Source: a bacterium (GTDB lineage Bacteria > Actinomycetota > Acidimicrobiia > Spongiisociales > ZC4RG35). Taken from it: a stretch of DNA of 64,000 bases. A program made the position numbers and the translations under genes. The stretch spans positions 6,385-70,384 of the forward strand of contig JAHEJW010000014.1 of the NCBI GenBank assembly GCA_024638655.1, in the 5' to 3' direction. This document shows positions 21,138-30,568 of this stretch, one piece after another (positions within the stretch are counted from its first letter, which is position 1; each line of letters opens with the position of its first letter). The notes under the pieces are model-generated. The model searched no databases and had not been told where the DNA came from. It was given only the letters and a program-made list of their open reading frames with translations.

Positions 21138-22808
21138 CTAGAGGTCTTCGAAGGGATCCTTCGGCCCGGCGCCATCGAGGGGACGCACCGCCTCCGCAGC
21201 CCTCGTCGCCCATGCGGGGAAGGGGAACTCGAGCACCAAGGGCACGGGGATCTCAGGCTGGCTGAGGATCATCGTCCCCGGCTTGACGATCGTCGCCCTC
21301 TGGCGATGGACGGACGGCAGGAAGCCGTACTCCTCCCGGGCGGCCTCAGCCGAGTCGAGGCGGCCCACGACCCTTATCGACGAGTTGGCGATTATGCGAC
21401 GCTCCACCTCGGATGCGGTCTGCTGGGCTCCGAAGAGGATCACGCCCAGAGACCTCCCACGCTCCGCGATGTCGAGCAGGATCTCCTTGATGGGGCTCGT
21501 CCCCTCGCGCGGGGCATACTTGTTCAGCTCGTCGAGGACGACCATCAAGAGCTCTTCGGACTGCCCCGCCTTCTCTTTCTCCTCGAAGGCCTTCCTCAAG
21601 GTGACGCCGACGACGAAACGCTTCGCCCGATCGTTGAGGTTGTGCAGGTCGACCACGGTGACTTGGTGCCCGTCGAGATCGATTCGGTGGCGGTCGGGGT
21701 CGGGAACGTCGGAACGGATCAAACGTCCCAAGTGGCGGACAGACGCCTGAAGACGTCGCACGAAGGCATTGATCGTCCCGGTGCCGATCGCCGGGCCGGC
21801 CCAACGATGACGATGCTCATCGGATTGCACCCTCTCCGTGATCACATCAGCCAGCTCCCGGAAGGTTCGCACCTTCACACCGTCGATCACAGCCGCCCCT
21901 GTCTCGGTCGGCTCGGCATGCCGCAGCTGGGCCATGACGTTGTAGACGACTGTCGTGTATTGCGCTCGATCGTCCTCGGCGTCGGCGAACAGGAAAGGCA
22001 ACAGATCCTGGTCGCAGAACTCGTGAATGCTCCAGAAGAAGGATGTCACGTCGGGTCGTGTGGCCACGTCGGCAGTTGCTCGCGGATCGTCGATTCGCGG
22101 AGGTGCATAGAGGCCCACAGACGTGAAAGGCGTCGAAGGCAGACCGAGATCTGCATAACGGGACCGCTCGGCGTCGTCGAGACGAGAGTTGACCCGGTCG
22201 AGGTGAAGCAGATCTTCCCCCTTGACGTTGAAGATCAGCGCTTTGGTGTTGATCGCAGCCTGGCCGAGGACGCCCGATGTGAAAAGGGAGTGCAGCAAGA
22301 AGGTCGCATAGCTGGTCTTTGTTGCTACACCGGAGATCCCCGAGATGTTCACATGAGCCCCGCGATCACCGTTGACGAACTCGAAGTTGACCCAAAGCGG
22401 CGCGCCGTTGCGAGCCAGGCCGACCGGTACCCTGCGGTCCATCCGGTCGAAGAACAGTGCTTGCTCCCGCTCTTCGGCTTCAGCAATGCGAACCGGCTGA
22501 CCCGGGCGGGGTGGCACGAAGATCTCCGGCTCGAACCGGGTGGCGGTCACCTGGGCGGCCTCGGAGACCTCTGCGGGGAGGATGCCATCTTCGATGAGGA
22601 AGACGTCGGAATCGAATCTGGCGCCTTCATGTCGGGCCACTACCTGACCGACCGTCCCGAACATCCTCACCACCTCACCGGTGGGGAGCACCCGCTCCAA
22701 CGCCACGACATCGTCGAGTTGCAGGAACTCCCCTTCGCCAACACCAACCCAGAACTCGAGCGGTGTCGACTCACGGGTACCGAGCACTCGACCGACCATT
22801 TCCGTCAT
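21138..22808 (-). CDS. herA: HerA-family ATPase/DNA translocase
   Basis: N-terminal HAS-barrel-like region, variant Walker A HVNISGISGVATKTS, FNVKGEDL, Walker B VVLDELNKYAP, ERGRSLGVILFGAQQ. Confidence 0.87.
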   Translation of the reverse strand: MTEMVGRVLGTRESTPLEFWVGVGEGEFLQLDDVVALERVLPTGEVVRMFGTVGQVVARHEGARFDSDVFLIEDGILPAEVSEAAQVTATRFEPEIFVPPRPGQPVRIAEAEEREQALFFDRMDRRVPVGLARNGAPLWVNFEFVNGDRGAHVNISGISGVATKTSYATFLLHSLFTSGVLGQAAINTKALIFNVKGEDLLHLDRVNSRLDDAERSRYADLGLPSTPFTSVGLYAPPRIDDPRATADVATRPDVTSFFWSIHEFCDQDLLPFLFADAEDDRAQYTTVVYNVMAQLRHAEPTETGAAVIDGVKVRTFRELADVITERVQSDEHRHRWAGPAIGTGTINAFVRRLQASVRHLGRLIRSDVPDPDRHRIDLDGHQVTVVDLHNLNDRAKRFVVGVTLRKAFEEKEKAGQSEELLMVVLDELNKYAPREGTSPIKEILLDIAERGRSLGVILFGAQQTASEVERRIIANSSIRVVGRLDSAEAAREEYGFLPSVHRQRATIVKPGTMILSQPEIPVPLVLEFPFPAWATRAAEAVRPLDGAGPKDPFEDL

Positions 22809-22816
22809 CGCTGCCG

Positions 22817-22838
22817 AGGGTATACGGCCGGTCTGACA
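22817..22838 (-). promoter_or_regulatory. PafBC/RecA-NDp-like DNA-damage promoter upstream of herA
   Basis: TGTCAG-N10-TACCCT, 8 nt before the ATG; shares CCGGATCTGTCA with the sbcD promoter. Confidence 0.72.
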
Positions 22839-22876
22839 GATCCGGTCAAAAGGTCCGGGTGGCCGAGGTTGGTGGT

Positions 22877-24025
22877 ATGAGTCTCGTGGTCTTCCCCTTC
22901 AAGCATGAGGACCCGGCGGTGGTTCGAAGGAATCTGGAGGTGGCGGCGCAGCAAGGATCGATCGAGGCGGTTTGGGCAGTTGCCGCCGAGGTCGGCGCTT
23001 CTCTGGAACAGGTCGAGGCGATCGGACGTGAGGTAGCCGATGTCTCGGGTAGAGCCGTATCGGTCTTCCCTCAGGAGCGTCTCGGAGATCTGAGACCGGG
23101 GAAAGGCGATGGCATGAACACCGCCCTGGCCATGGCGGCAGAACATGACTTCGAGCGGATTCACTTCTATGACGCCGACATCACCAATTTCGATGCGTCC
23201 TGGATCGAGGGTGCCGAGGCTGCTGCCGACGACGGGTACGAGATAGTTCGTCATCGGTTCCCCCGCGCCGCCACCGACGCCATGATCACCTGGATGGTCA
23301 CCCGCCCGGCACTGGCGATGACCTTCTCCGGTACGATCCTCCCACGGCTGGGACAACCGCTCGGTGGCGAGCTGTTGATATCCGGCGGCGTTGCCAAGGC
23401 CTTGGCCGCGGATGGCTTCGTCAGAAGCCGCTCCGATTGGGGCATAGACACAGTCATCACCTATGCCACCGCGGTGATGGGAGCGCCGATGTACGAGCAC
23501 AACGTCTCAACGGGCAAGCGTCATGCCCTCTACGGCTCTCTCGACGAGATTCGTGACATGTTGCTCGAGTGTCTCGATGCGGTGCGTTCGCTGGCCGGGA
23601 AGCCGTTCCCACCTCCCCATGCCCGGTTCGCAGCCGACCCGCCGGCTGCTGTCCCCGAGGATCTCAAATCGGTGATCGGCTACGACGTCGAGCGCACAAC
23701 GGCCCTACTCGTGGCCGATTGGACCGACGAGGAATCGGATCTTGCCAGGAGCATCCCCGGTGATATCTCGAGCCATGTGCTGGTGAACCGTGACACACCC
23801 AGCTTCGAGTTCATGGACGCGGCGGCGTGGGGAGTCACGCTCTCCTGGCTCCTCGGTTCGTTTCGCCTCGGTGACTCGAATTGGGAGTCGTTGGCTTTTC
23901 GACTCTGGCTCATGAGAGTCCTCTCGTACACGTCGAGCGAGGTTCCAAAGGGTTACGACAACGCGATTACCTACCTGGAAGAAGCCATCCTTCGATACGA
24001 GCAAGCCGGTCCCGCCATCGTCTGA
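22877..24025 (+). CDS. mgs: Mannosylglycerate synthase (GT78)
   Basis: MSLVVFPFKHE, QERLG.LRPGKGDGMNTAL, RIHFYDADIT, FPRA.TDAMITW, QPLGGELL, RSDWGIDT, GK.H.LYG motifs, recalled as matching Rhodothermus marinus Mgs. Confidence 0.88.
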   Translation: MSLVVFPFKHEDPAVVRRNLEVAAQQGSIEAVWAVAAEVGASLEQVEAIGREVADVSGRAVSVFPQERLGDLRPGKGDGMNTALAMAAEHDFERIHFYDADITNFDASWIEGAEAAADDGYEIVRHRFPRAATDAMITWMVTRPALAMTFSGTILPRLGQPLGGELLISGGVAKALAADGFVRSRSDWGIDTVITYATAVMGAPMYEHNVSTGKRHALYGSLDEIRDMLLECLDAVRSLAGKPFPPPHARFAADPPAAVPEDLKSVIGYDVERTTALLVADWTDEESDLARSIPGDISSHVLVNRDTPSFEFMDAAAWGVTLSWLLGSFRLGDSNWESLAFRLWLMRVLSYTSSEVPKGYDNAITYLEEAILRYEQAGPAIV

Positions 24026-24106
24026 CGGCCGATTGTGCCCAACGGCCCTAGCGGCCCGGAACTGCCCATGTCTACCTTCGGGACAGGCGATCGAGGAGAC
24101 GACGGA

Positions 24107-24874
24107 ATGATCACTGCAGACACCAACAACGCACCCGACTGGGTGGACCTGACCACACCCGGCGTGGAGAGGGCGGTCGAGTTCTACTCCGCGCTTCTCG
24201 GCTGGGACGTGGAGAAGACTGCCACCCCCCTGGGCGACTATTACATCGCCACGGAACGGGGGCACCAGGTCGCCGGTCTGATGGAGCAAAACCAGAACAT
24301 CGCGGGACCGCCCACCTGGACGATGTACATAAACGTCGACGACGTGGACGAGACGGCCACGCGCGTCATCGGCGCAGGCGGGGCGTTGCCAGCACCACCG
24401 TTCGACATCCCGGATGGAAGGGTGGCCATAGCTGCCGACCCGACAGGCGCGATGTTTGGGATCATCGGCACGCCACTGGCGCACTCCGACAAGTGGTGGT
24501 TCTCAATGGAGAGCGGAGCCGTTTGCTGGGTCGAGTTACTGACGCATGACCCGATCAAGGCAGAGCCCTTCTACACGGCTGTCTTCTCATGGAAAGCAGA
24601 GAGGGACGACGCCGACATGCCGTCCTACACGATCTTCCGTCTCGATGGCGACGACGTCGCAGGCATGATGTCGATGCCCGAGGAGGTGCCCCCGGAGGCG
24701 CCCTCCCACTGGATGGTGTATTTCTCCGTCGAAGACTGTGAAGTCGCCGAGAAAGCGGCAGTCAGCCACGGTGGCCAGGTCCTGCGCAGCACAGCCGAGA
24801 TCCCGATTGGCCGGTTCGCCGTCCTCGAAGATCCCGCAGGGGCACCGTTCCAGGTGATGGAGTACAGAGAATGA
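24107..24874 (+). CDS. VOC/glyoxalase family protein (two-domain, Cfp32-like)
   Basis: PDWVDLTT..FYSALLGW, DPTGAMFG, CWVELLT, HWMVYFSV, DPAGAPF; GAGGAG RBS upstream. Confidence 0.85.
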   Translation: MITADTNNAPDWVDLTTPGVERAVEFYSALLGWDVEKTATPLGDYYIATERGHQVAGLMEQNQNIAGPPTWTMYINVDDVDETATRVIGAGGALPAPPFDIPDGRVAIAADPTGAMFGIIGTPLAHSDKWWFSMESGAVCWVELLTHDPIKAEPFYTAVFSWKAERDDADMPSYTIFRLDGDDVAGMMSMPEEVPPEAPSHWMVYFSVEDCEVAEKAAVSHGGQVLRSTAEIPIGRFAVLEDPAGAPFQVMEYRE

Positions 24875-25530
24875 GCTCGGTGCCCTCGACGAAGAGGACG
24901 CCGGCCAAGCTCGACCTGAGCAAGGACTACAAGGAGCTGTACAGCCCGTCGGCCAAGCAGGTGTCAGTGGTGGAGGTGCCCCAGCTCCTCTACACGACGG
25001 TGGACGGCTTGGTGGAGTCTGGGACCCTGCCTGGGGAGTCCGACAGATTCGGGGAAGACATCGGGGCGATGTACTCGGTCGGCTACGGACTCAAGTTCAT
25101 GTCGAAACTGCGGGACGACGACCCGATCGACTTCAAGGTGATGCCGTTGGAGGGTCTGTGGTCGACTGGAGACGGGGAGTTCGTCCCCAAGGAGCTCGAA
25201 GGGCTCGAATACACGTTGCTGATGCTTCAGCCTCCCCACATCACACCTGAGATGTTTGCTCGGGCCGTATCCGAGGCGATGGAGAAGAGCCCGAGCCGCG
25301 CCCTCGAGGAGATCGATCTGATCACCTGGGAGGAGGGCCTCTCCATCCAGATCATGCACGTGGGCCCCTACTCGGAGGAGCCGGGCACCATACAGCGGAT
25401 GAGCGATTTCGCCGCCGAGAACGGGTATCGGCTCCACGGGAGACATCACGAGATCTATGTAGGCGACCCCAACCGGGCCAGCCCGGAGAGGCTGAAGACG
25501 GTTCTCAGGCATCCGGTGCGCGTCGTTTGA
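24871..25530 (+). CDS. GyrI-like small-molecule-binding domain protein
   Basis: KLDLSKDYKELY, VMPLEGLW, QIMHVGPYSEE, HHEIY.GDP, LKTVLRHPV. Confidence 0.82.
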   Translation: MSSVPSTKRTPAKLDLSKDYKELYSPSAKQVSVVEVPQLLYTTVDGLVESGTLPGESDRFGEDIGAMYSVGYGLKFMSKLRDDDPIDFKVMPLEGLWSTGDGEFVPKELEGLEYTLLMLQPPHITPEMFARAVSEAMEKSPSRALEEIDLITWEEGLSIQIMHVGPYSEEPGTIQRMSDFAAENGYRLHGRHHEIYVGDPNRASPERLKTVLRHPVRVV

Positions 25531-25532
25531 GC

Positions 25533-26363
25533 TCAGCCCAGGGCAATCGCTCCGAGCGCAGCCAGAGTCAGCAGCACCCCGAATGCCTGACGGGCCCGGA
25601 CATGCTCTCGATTGACGATCCTGGAGAGGAGGACGGTCACCGCCGGGTAGAACGACGAGGTGACACCGACCAGGGCGAGTGAGCCCGCCCTCAGCGCCAG
25701 GAGGAGGGCGGCGTTCCCGGCCACGTCGAGGACCCCGTTCGAGAAGACGATCAGACGTGGTACCCGGCTCCAGCCCGTGACCCTCCAGATACCGGCCGCC
25801 CCGATGATCGCAACGACGGCCATCGTCGCTGCCCTGGCAGGCACCAGGGGAAGGAGCGCAGAGGCCTCCGAGGTTCGGTCGATGATCACCGCATAGCCAC
25901 CGAAACCGATGCCGGCCAGGACCCCGTACGGGGTGCCGCCGAAAGGGGTTTCACCCGGGTCCGCCACCCACGCCGAGAGGATCACCGCCGGGATCGCGAT
26001 GGCGATCCCGAGCCAAGCCAAGACACTCGGGCGTTCGCCTGCGAATACTCCGAAGAGCACGGGAATGATGGCACCCACCGCCGCCGCGGCCGGTGCTACG
26101 GCGGCAGCATGGGCCCGCCCGAGCCCGGCGAACAGGACCACCAGCCCGACGGCGCCGACAGCACCCGCCCCGGCTCCCAACCACAGATCTGTGGGGTTGG
26201 CCACACCCCCTGTGAGCAATGCAAGGCCGGTGACGAGAGGGAATGAGAGAACCCCGGCCCAAAGGACAATCGAAGCTGCAGGGGCTCGTTTCGCCCCTTC
26301 GCCACCCAGGAAATCACCGGCTCCATAGAAGAGAGAGGCGAGACCCCCCAGGAGAACACCCAC
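25533..26363 (-). CDS. DMT/EamA family transporter
   Basis: YGAGDFLGG, GERPS, SFYPAVTVLL, about 10 TM. Confidence 0.82.
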   Translation of the reverse strand: MGVLLGGLASLFYGAGDFLGGEGAKRAPAASIVLWAGVLSFPLVTGLALLTGGVANPTDLWLGAGAGAVGAVGLVVLFAGLGRAHAAAVAPAAAAVGAIIPVLFGVFAGERPSVLAWLGIAIAIPAVILSAWVADPGETPFGGTPYGVLAGIGFGGYAVIIDRTSEASALLPLVPARAATMAVVAIIGAAGIWRVTGWSRVPRLIVFSNGVLDVAGNAALLLALRAGSLALVGVTSSFYPAVTVLLSRIVNREHVRARQAFGVLLTLAALGAIALG

Positions 26364-26374
26364 GGCGGGGCCGT

Positions 26375-26797
26375 CTAGGCCGAGACGCCTCGGGCGTCCC
26401 GCCGCTCCAACTTCTCGCGGATGGCCCCGGCGGCCTGGTCCAGATCTTCGTGGTCGACCGAGGCCGCCGCGTTGGCGAAATCGAGATCGTGGATGCCATC
26501 GATCGGCACCACGTGGAGATGCAGATGTGGAACTTCCAGTCCAGCGATCATCAGACCGACCTTCTCAGGCGCGAAAGCCTCGTGAATCGCTCCACCGATC
26601 TCCTGAGCCACCGCGAAGAGGTGGTCACGCAGTGACGCCGGGCAGTCGATCCAGTGGTCCACCTCGAGCCGGGGCACGACGAGGACGTGCCCGGTGCGCA
26701 GCGGATTTATCGACATGAAGGCAACGCATTCGTCATCACGCCACACGAAGGTCCCCGGGATTTCTCCCTCGATGATCTTGGTGAAGATGGTGGGCAT
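26375..26797 (-). CDS. HIT family hydrolase
   Basis: TIFTKII.GEIP, GHVLVVP, VPHLHLHVVP histidine triad. Confidence 0.93.
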   Translation of the reverse strand: MPTIFTKIIEGEIPGTFVWRDDECVAFMSINPLRTGHVLVVPRLEVDHWIDCPASLRDHLFAVAQEIGGAIHEAFAPEKVGLMIAGLEVPHLHLHVVPIDGIHDLDFANAAASVDHEDLDQAAGAIREKLERRDARGVSA

Positions 26798-26813
26798 CGG
26801 GCCAGGTTAGGGA

Positions 26814-28013
26814 TCAACCCCTGACGGATACCACCTTGAAGAGCTCTTCCGTCGTAGCTACGTACATCTCGCCTGCGCCGTCGATTCCAAAGCCGACCAC
26901 CGAGCCGGGAACCCCGACCTGCGACGTCCAGTCCGTCTGGTCGACGGCGGCGGCGCCGTCGAAGCGAAAGCTGCGCAGATAGCCGCCGCAGAGGTCCGAG
27001 TAGAAGTAGTGACCGTCGATCTCGGGGATTTGCGCACCCCGATAGACGATGCCACCGGTGATCGAGCATGTACCGGCATCGCCATGTCCCACTTCGATCA
27101 CCGGGAGGGTCAGACCGGTCGTATCGCAATCGGAAGCCGGCCGGAAGCAGTGGAGGCCCTCGGTTATCGGCCAGCCATAGTTGACATCTCTCCCGTTGAT
27201 AGCCACAGAGACCTCCTCGAACGAGTTCTGACCGACGTCCGCCACGTAGATCGAGTCGCCGTCGAACCAAAAGCGCCACGGGTTGCGGAGCCCGTATTGC
27301 CAGAGGAAGGGCTCTTGATCGCTGTCGAGCGGAATCTTGACCAATCCCCCGAGGAGTGTCCCGGTGTTCTGCCCGTTTCTGAACTGATCGTTGGCACCGC
27401 CACCGTCGCCCAGCCCGACATAGAGGTCCCCGGCGGCATCGACTACGACCATGCCGCCGTTGTGGTTTCGGGCCGGCTGATCGAGCCGCAACAGGACCTC
27501 CTCACTGTTGGCGTCGATCTCGGTGGGTGACACGAAGGTGAATTCGGAGACGACCGTGTCCCCGTCACTGGCCGAGTAGTGCGCGAAAAACCTCGACTCG
27601 TCGCCGGGGTGCAAGGCGATCGACAAGAGGCCCTGCTCGCCGGCATCGCGCACGAGGCTGGAGATGTCGAGGGCGGGGGATTCCGAGACCGCCTTCCCGT
27701 CGTATACCCATACCTGGCCATTCTTGGTCGCGATGTATGACAACTCCGATCCGGGCAAGGCTGTCATCTGAACCGGGAAGGGGAAGTCGGCAATTCTCTC
27801 GTATGCGAGACCCTGCAACGGTGCCAGGAGCGTTGTCGTGCTGCCGGCAATGGTGCCCGGGATAGATGTCGAGGAGGGCTTCGGAGTCGTCGTCGTTGGA
27901 GTCGTCGGGGCGGCCTGGGTTGATCCGGGCTCCTGAGGGGTGGTGGGAGCGAGTTCCTGCTGTGAGGCGCAGGCGGCCAGTAGCACCAGAAAAAGGATCG
28001 TGATCGACCGCAT
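26814..28013 (-). CDS. PQQ-dependent glucose/sorbosone dehydrogenase family lipoprotein
   Basis: LAAC lipobox, Thr-rich linker, EQGLLSIALHP, NHNGG, GLGDGG, GLRNPWRF, ADVGQ..EEV, NYGWP; -10 TAACCT 7 nt before ATG 28013. Confidence 0.87.
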   Translation of the reverse strand: MRSITILFLVLLAACASQQELAPTTPQEPGSTQAAPTTPTTTTPKPSSTSIPGTIAGSTTTLLAPLQGLAYERIADFPFPVQMTALPGSELSYIATKNGQVWVYDGKAVSESPALDISSLVRDAGEQGLLSIALHPGDESRFFAHYSASDGDTVVSEFTFVSPTEIDANSEEVLLRLDQPARNHNGGMVVVDAAGDLYVGLGDGGGANDQFRNGQNTGTLLGGLVKIPLDSDQEPFLWQYGLRNPWRFWFDGDSIYVADVGQNSFEEVSVAINGRDVNYGWPITEGLHCFRPASDCDTTGLTLPVIEVGHGDAGTCSITGGIVYRGAQIPEIDGHYFYSDLCGGYLRSFRFDGAAAVDQTDWTSQVGVPGSVVGFGIDGAGEMYVATTEELFKVVSVRG

Positions 28014-28044
28014 CGAGCCCAGGTTATGGCTACTTTCGCCTTGC

Positions 28045-29391
28045 GTGAGCTCCGTGCCCAAGAACGACCCGAGGACGATTTTCGGCTGGGCGATGTACGA
28101 CTGGGCCAACTCGGCCTACATCACGACCTTTGGCGCGATCGTGGCTGCATTCTTCACGGGTGTGATCGTCCCCGAAGGTGGCTACAACGGGTATTCGGGT
28201 CAGACCCTCTGGTCTGCGGTGATCTCGATCGGCGCAATCATCCTGTTCCTGTTCATGCCAGTGCTGGGCGCCGTGGCCGACTACGCATCGGCCAAGAAGC
28301 GTTTTCTCAGAGTGTTCGCCGTTGCGGGTGCACTGATCACCATCGGCCTGCCGCTCGTGCCCGACGGTGCTGTCGTCGCCTTCCTGGTGGTCGTGCTCGG
28401 CAGCCAGATCGGGTTCGTGGCGGCCAACGTCTTCTATGACGGCTTCCTCCCGGATCTGACCACTGACGAGACGATCGACTCGGTCTCGTCGAAGGGTTTC
28501 GCTCTCGGATACATAGGAGGTGGCCTATACGTCCTCCTCGCCCTGGTGCTGATCATCCTCAGCGACACCGGGGTGATCGGGCTGACAGTCGAGACGGCAT
28601 CCCGCATCGGCATCGCAGGCGCCGGGGTTTGGTGGCTGGTCTTCACCTCCTTCTCACTGCGTCGCCTGCCCGACGAGACCAGGCGAGTGGCGCTGCCCGA
28701 TGAGGCAGATCGCGAGCTCCGCCTGATCGCGTACTGGAAGATCGGCTTTGGGCGAACCGTCGACACGGCGCGGAAGATGATGGGATTCAGGCAGCTGTTG
28801 CTCTTCGTCCTCGCCTACCTCTTCTACAACGACGCCACCCAAACGGTCATCGGCGTGTCGGGTGCGTACGCCGAGGAAACCCTTGGCCTTTCGGCCCAGG
28901 AGATCATCATCACATTCCTGATCGTCCAATTCGTGGCGTTCGGCGGTGCCCTTGCTTTCGGTGCCATCGCCGGGAGAGTGGGAACCAAGCCGGCCATCAT
29001 GGCCTCATTGGTGGTATGGATCGGCATCGCGGTGGCGGCCTTCTTCCTGCCGGAAGGCGAGGCCCTCCCCCTCTACGTCCTGGCGGTGTTCGTCGGCTTC
29101 GTGCTGGGTGGTGTTCAAGCGTTGTCCCGCAGTCTCTACGGCAGCATGATCCCCGAAGAGGCCTCCGCCGAGTTCTACGGTTTCTACTCGGTCTTCTCCA
29201 AGTTCTCCGCCATATGGGGGCCGTTGGTGTTTGCCCTGGTGAGCAATGCGACCGGCTCCGGCAGGCCGGCGATCCTCTCCGTGGTCGGTTTCTTCGCGGT
29301 CGGGCTCGCGGTTCTCGCCTTCGTAGACGTCGAGGAGGGCAGGGCGTCCCGAAGCCGCTGGGTCATCCCGGAAGCGGATACGCTTGTCTGA
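28045..29391 (+). CDS. MFS transporter (Atg22/UMF1 family)
   Basis: WAMYDWANSAY, FYDGFLP, GFALGYIGG, QALSRSLY, EFYGFY..K.SA..GP. Confidence 0.88.
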   Translation: MSSVPKNDPRTIFGWAMYDWANSAYITTFGAIVAAFFTGVIVPEGGYNGYSGQTLWSAVISIGAIILFLFMPVLGAVADYASAKKRFLRVFAVAGALITIGLPLVPDGAVVAFLVVVLGSQIGFVAANVFYDGFLPDLTTDETIDSVSSKGFALGYIGGGLYVLLALVLIILSDTGVIGLTVETASRIGIAGAGVWWLVFTSFSLRRLPDETRRVALPDEADRELRLIAYWKIGFGRTVDTARKMMGFRQLLLFVLAYLFYNDATQTVIGVSGAYAEETLGLSAQEIIITFLIVQFVAFGGALAFGAIAGRVGTKPAIMASLVVWIGIAVAAFFLPEGEALPLYVLAVFVGFVLGGVQALSRSLYGSMIPEEASAEFYGFYSVFSKFSAIWGPLVFALVSNATGSGRPAILSVVGFFAVGLAVLAFVDVEEGRASRSRWVIPEADTLV

Positions 29392-29707
29392 CATGGAAGA
29401 GTTCAAAGACGTGGAGGCTCAGCTCGAAGCGGAGCCGCGCCCCGAGCCCGGCGCCGGGGTGCCCTGGGGTGGGCTGATCACCGTGGTCGGCATTGCCTTG
29501 ATCGTTCTGTTCGCCGTGCAGAACACCGAGCTCAGTGCGATCGACTTCCTCTGGCTCAGTGGCGAGTTCCCCCTGTCCCTCGTGATTCTGGTCACCGCTC
29601 TCGTGTCTGCGCTGTTCGCAACCACAGCCGGTGCTTTCTACCGGCGCAGACGCCGCAAGAGACGAGCCGACAAGCACGAGCTGCGGAACCTGCGGAGCGA
29701 GGGCTGA
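29384..29707 (+). CDS. Small membrane protein, LapA/DUF1049 family
   Basis: LFAVQNTE..IDFLW..EFPLSLVIL, two TM helices, basic C-tail. Confidence 0.75.
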   Translation: MSDMEEFKDVEAQLEAEPRPEPGAGVPWGGLITVVGIALIVLFAVQNTELSAIDFLWLSGEFPLSLVILVTALVSALFATTAGAFYRRRRRKRRADKHELRNLRSEG

Positions 29708-30516
29708 GGCGGGCAATTCCCCTGGGCCTGACCTTGGCGCTCACGGCTTGTCTCCCGAACTCCGGCCGACTCGACGTCGAGAGGCCGTCCGGTCTGAATG
29801 CGCCCGAGAGCGGGATCGTCAGATCGGTTGTCGACGGTGACACCGTCACTGTCGACGACGGCTCCGGGGAGAGCCTCCAGTTGCGGCTCGCCGGTGTCAA
29901 TGCCCCCGAAGACGACGAATGCCACCATGACGCGTCCCATGACCACCTCCAGAGATTGATCGCAGACAGAGAAATCACCTTCGAGGTACTGGCCACCGAC
30001 CAATTCGGCCGCTACCTGGCCCACGTTTGGGTGGATGGCCTGCACGTGAATGTTGATCTGGTTGCGTCGGGCCACGCTTTCGCCACCACCCCGGGCGAGA
30101 GCGACTCCTACGGCGAGGCTCTCCTCGACGCGGAAGACGCCGCGGCTTCCTCCGATCTGGGCATCTGGGCCGACGACGCATGTGGGCATTCCGATCCACT
30201 CCTCGCAGTGAGGATCGAAGAAGTGAGGGAAGATCCGCCCGGCCGCGACGAGGACGACCTCGGTGGCGAACAGGTGACTCTCGTCAATCGCGGCGACGAC
30301 GAGGTCGATCTCGGTGGCTGGATGCTTCGAGATGAGTCGTCACGTCATCGCTACACGTTCCCGAGTGGAACCGTGCTGAGAGAGAGCGAGACCATCACGG
30401 TCACGAGCGCCGACCCTGGGTGGAGCCCGGGCGGAAGCCCAGTATGGAACAACGGGGGCGATCTCGTCGTGGTGCTCGACCCGTTCGGGCGCATCGCCGA
30501 CCATCTGCGCTACTGA
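29704..30516 (+). CDS. Secreted thermonuclease (SNase) with C-terminal lamin-tail domain, probable lipoprotein
   Basis: VVDGDTV, LRLAGVNAPE, DQFGRYLAHV; LTD motif E.VTLVN..DLGGWML.D..WNNGGD; LTAC lipobox; start probably CTG 29704 (track gives TTG 29734). Confidence 0.85.
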   Translation: MRRAIPLGLTLALTACLPNSGRLDVERPSGLNAPESGIVRSVVDGDTVTVDDGSGESLQLRLAGVNAPEDDECHHDASHDHLQRLIADREITFEVLATDQFGRYLAHVWVDGLHVNVDLVASGHAFATTPGESDSYGEALLDAEDAAASSDLGIWADDACGHSDPLLAVRIEEVREDPPGRDEDDLGGEQVTLVNRGDDEVDLGGWMLRDESSRHRYTFPSGTVLRESETITVTSADPGWSPGGSPVWNNGGDLVVVLDPFGRIADHLRY

Positions 30517-30568
30517 GCAGCCTGCGTCTTCGCGATGTATCCTCCTGGCCCCTTCACAAAGGAAGACA

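Noticed and set aside
21138-22808. HerA as part of an anti-phage system (Sir2-HerA, DUF4297-HerA)
   Set aside because: No such effector adjacent; partners are SbcCD and NurA with damage-type promoters.
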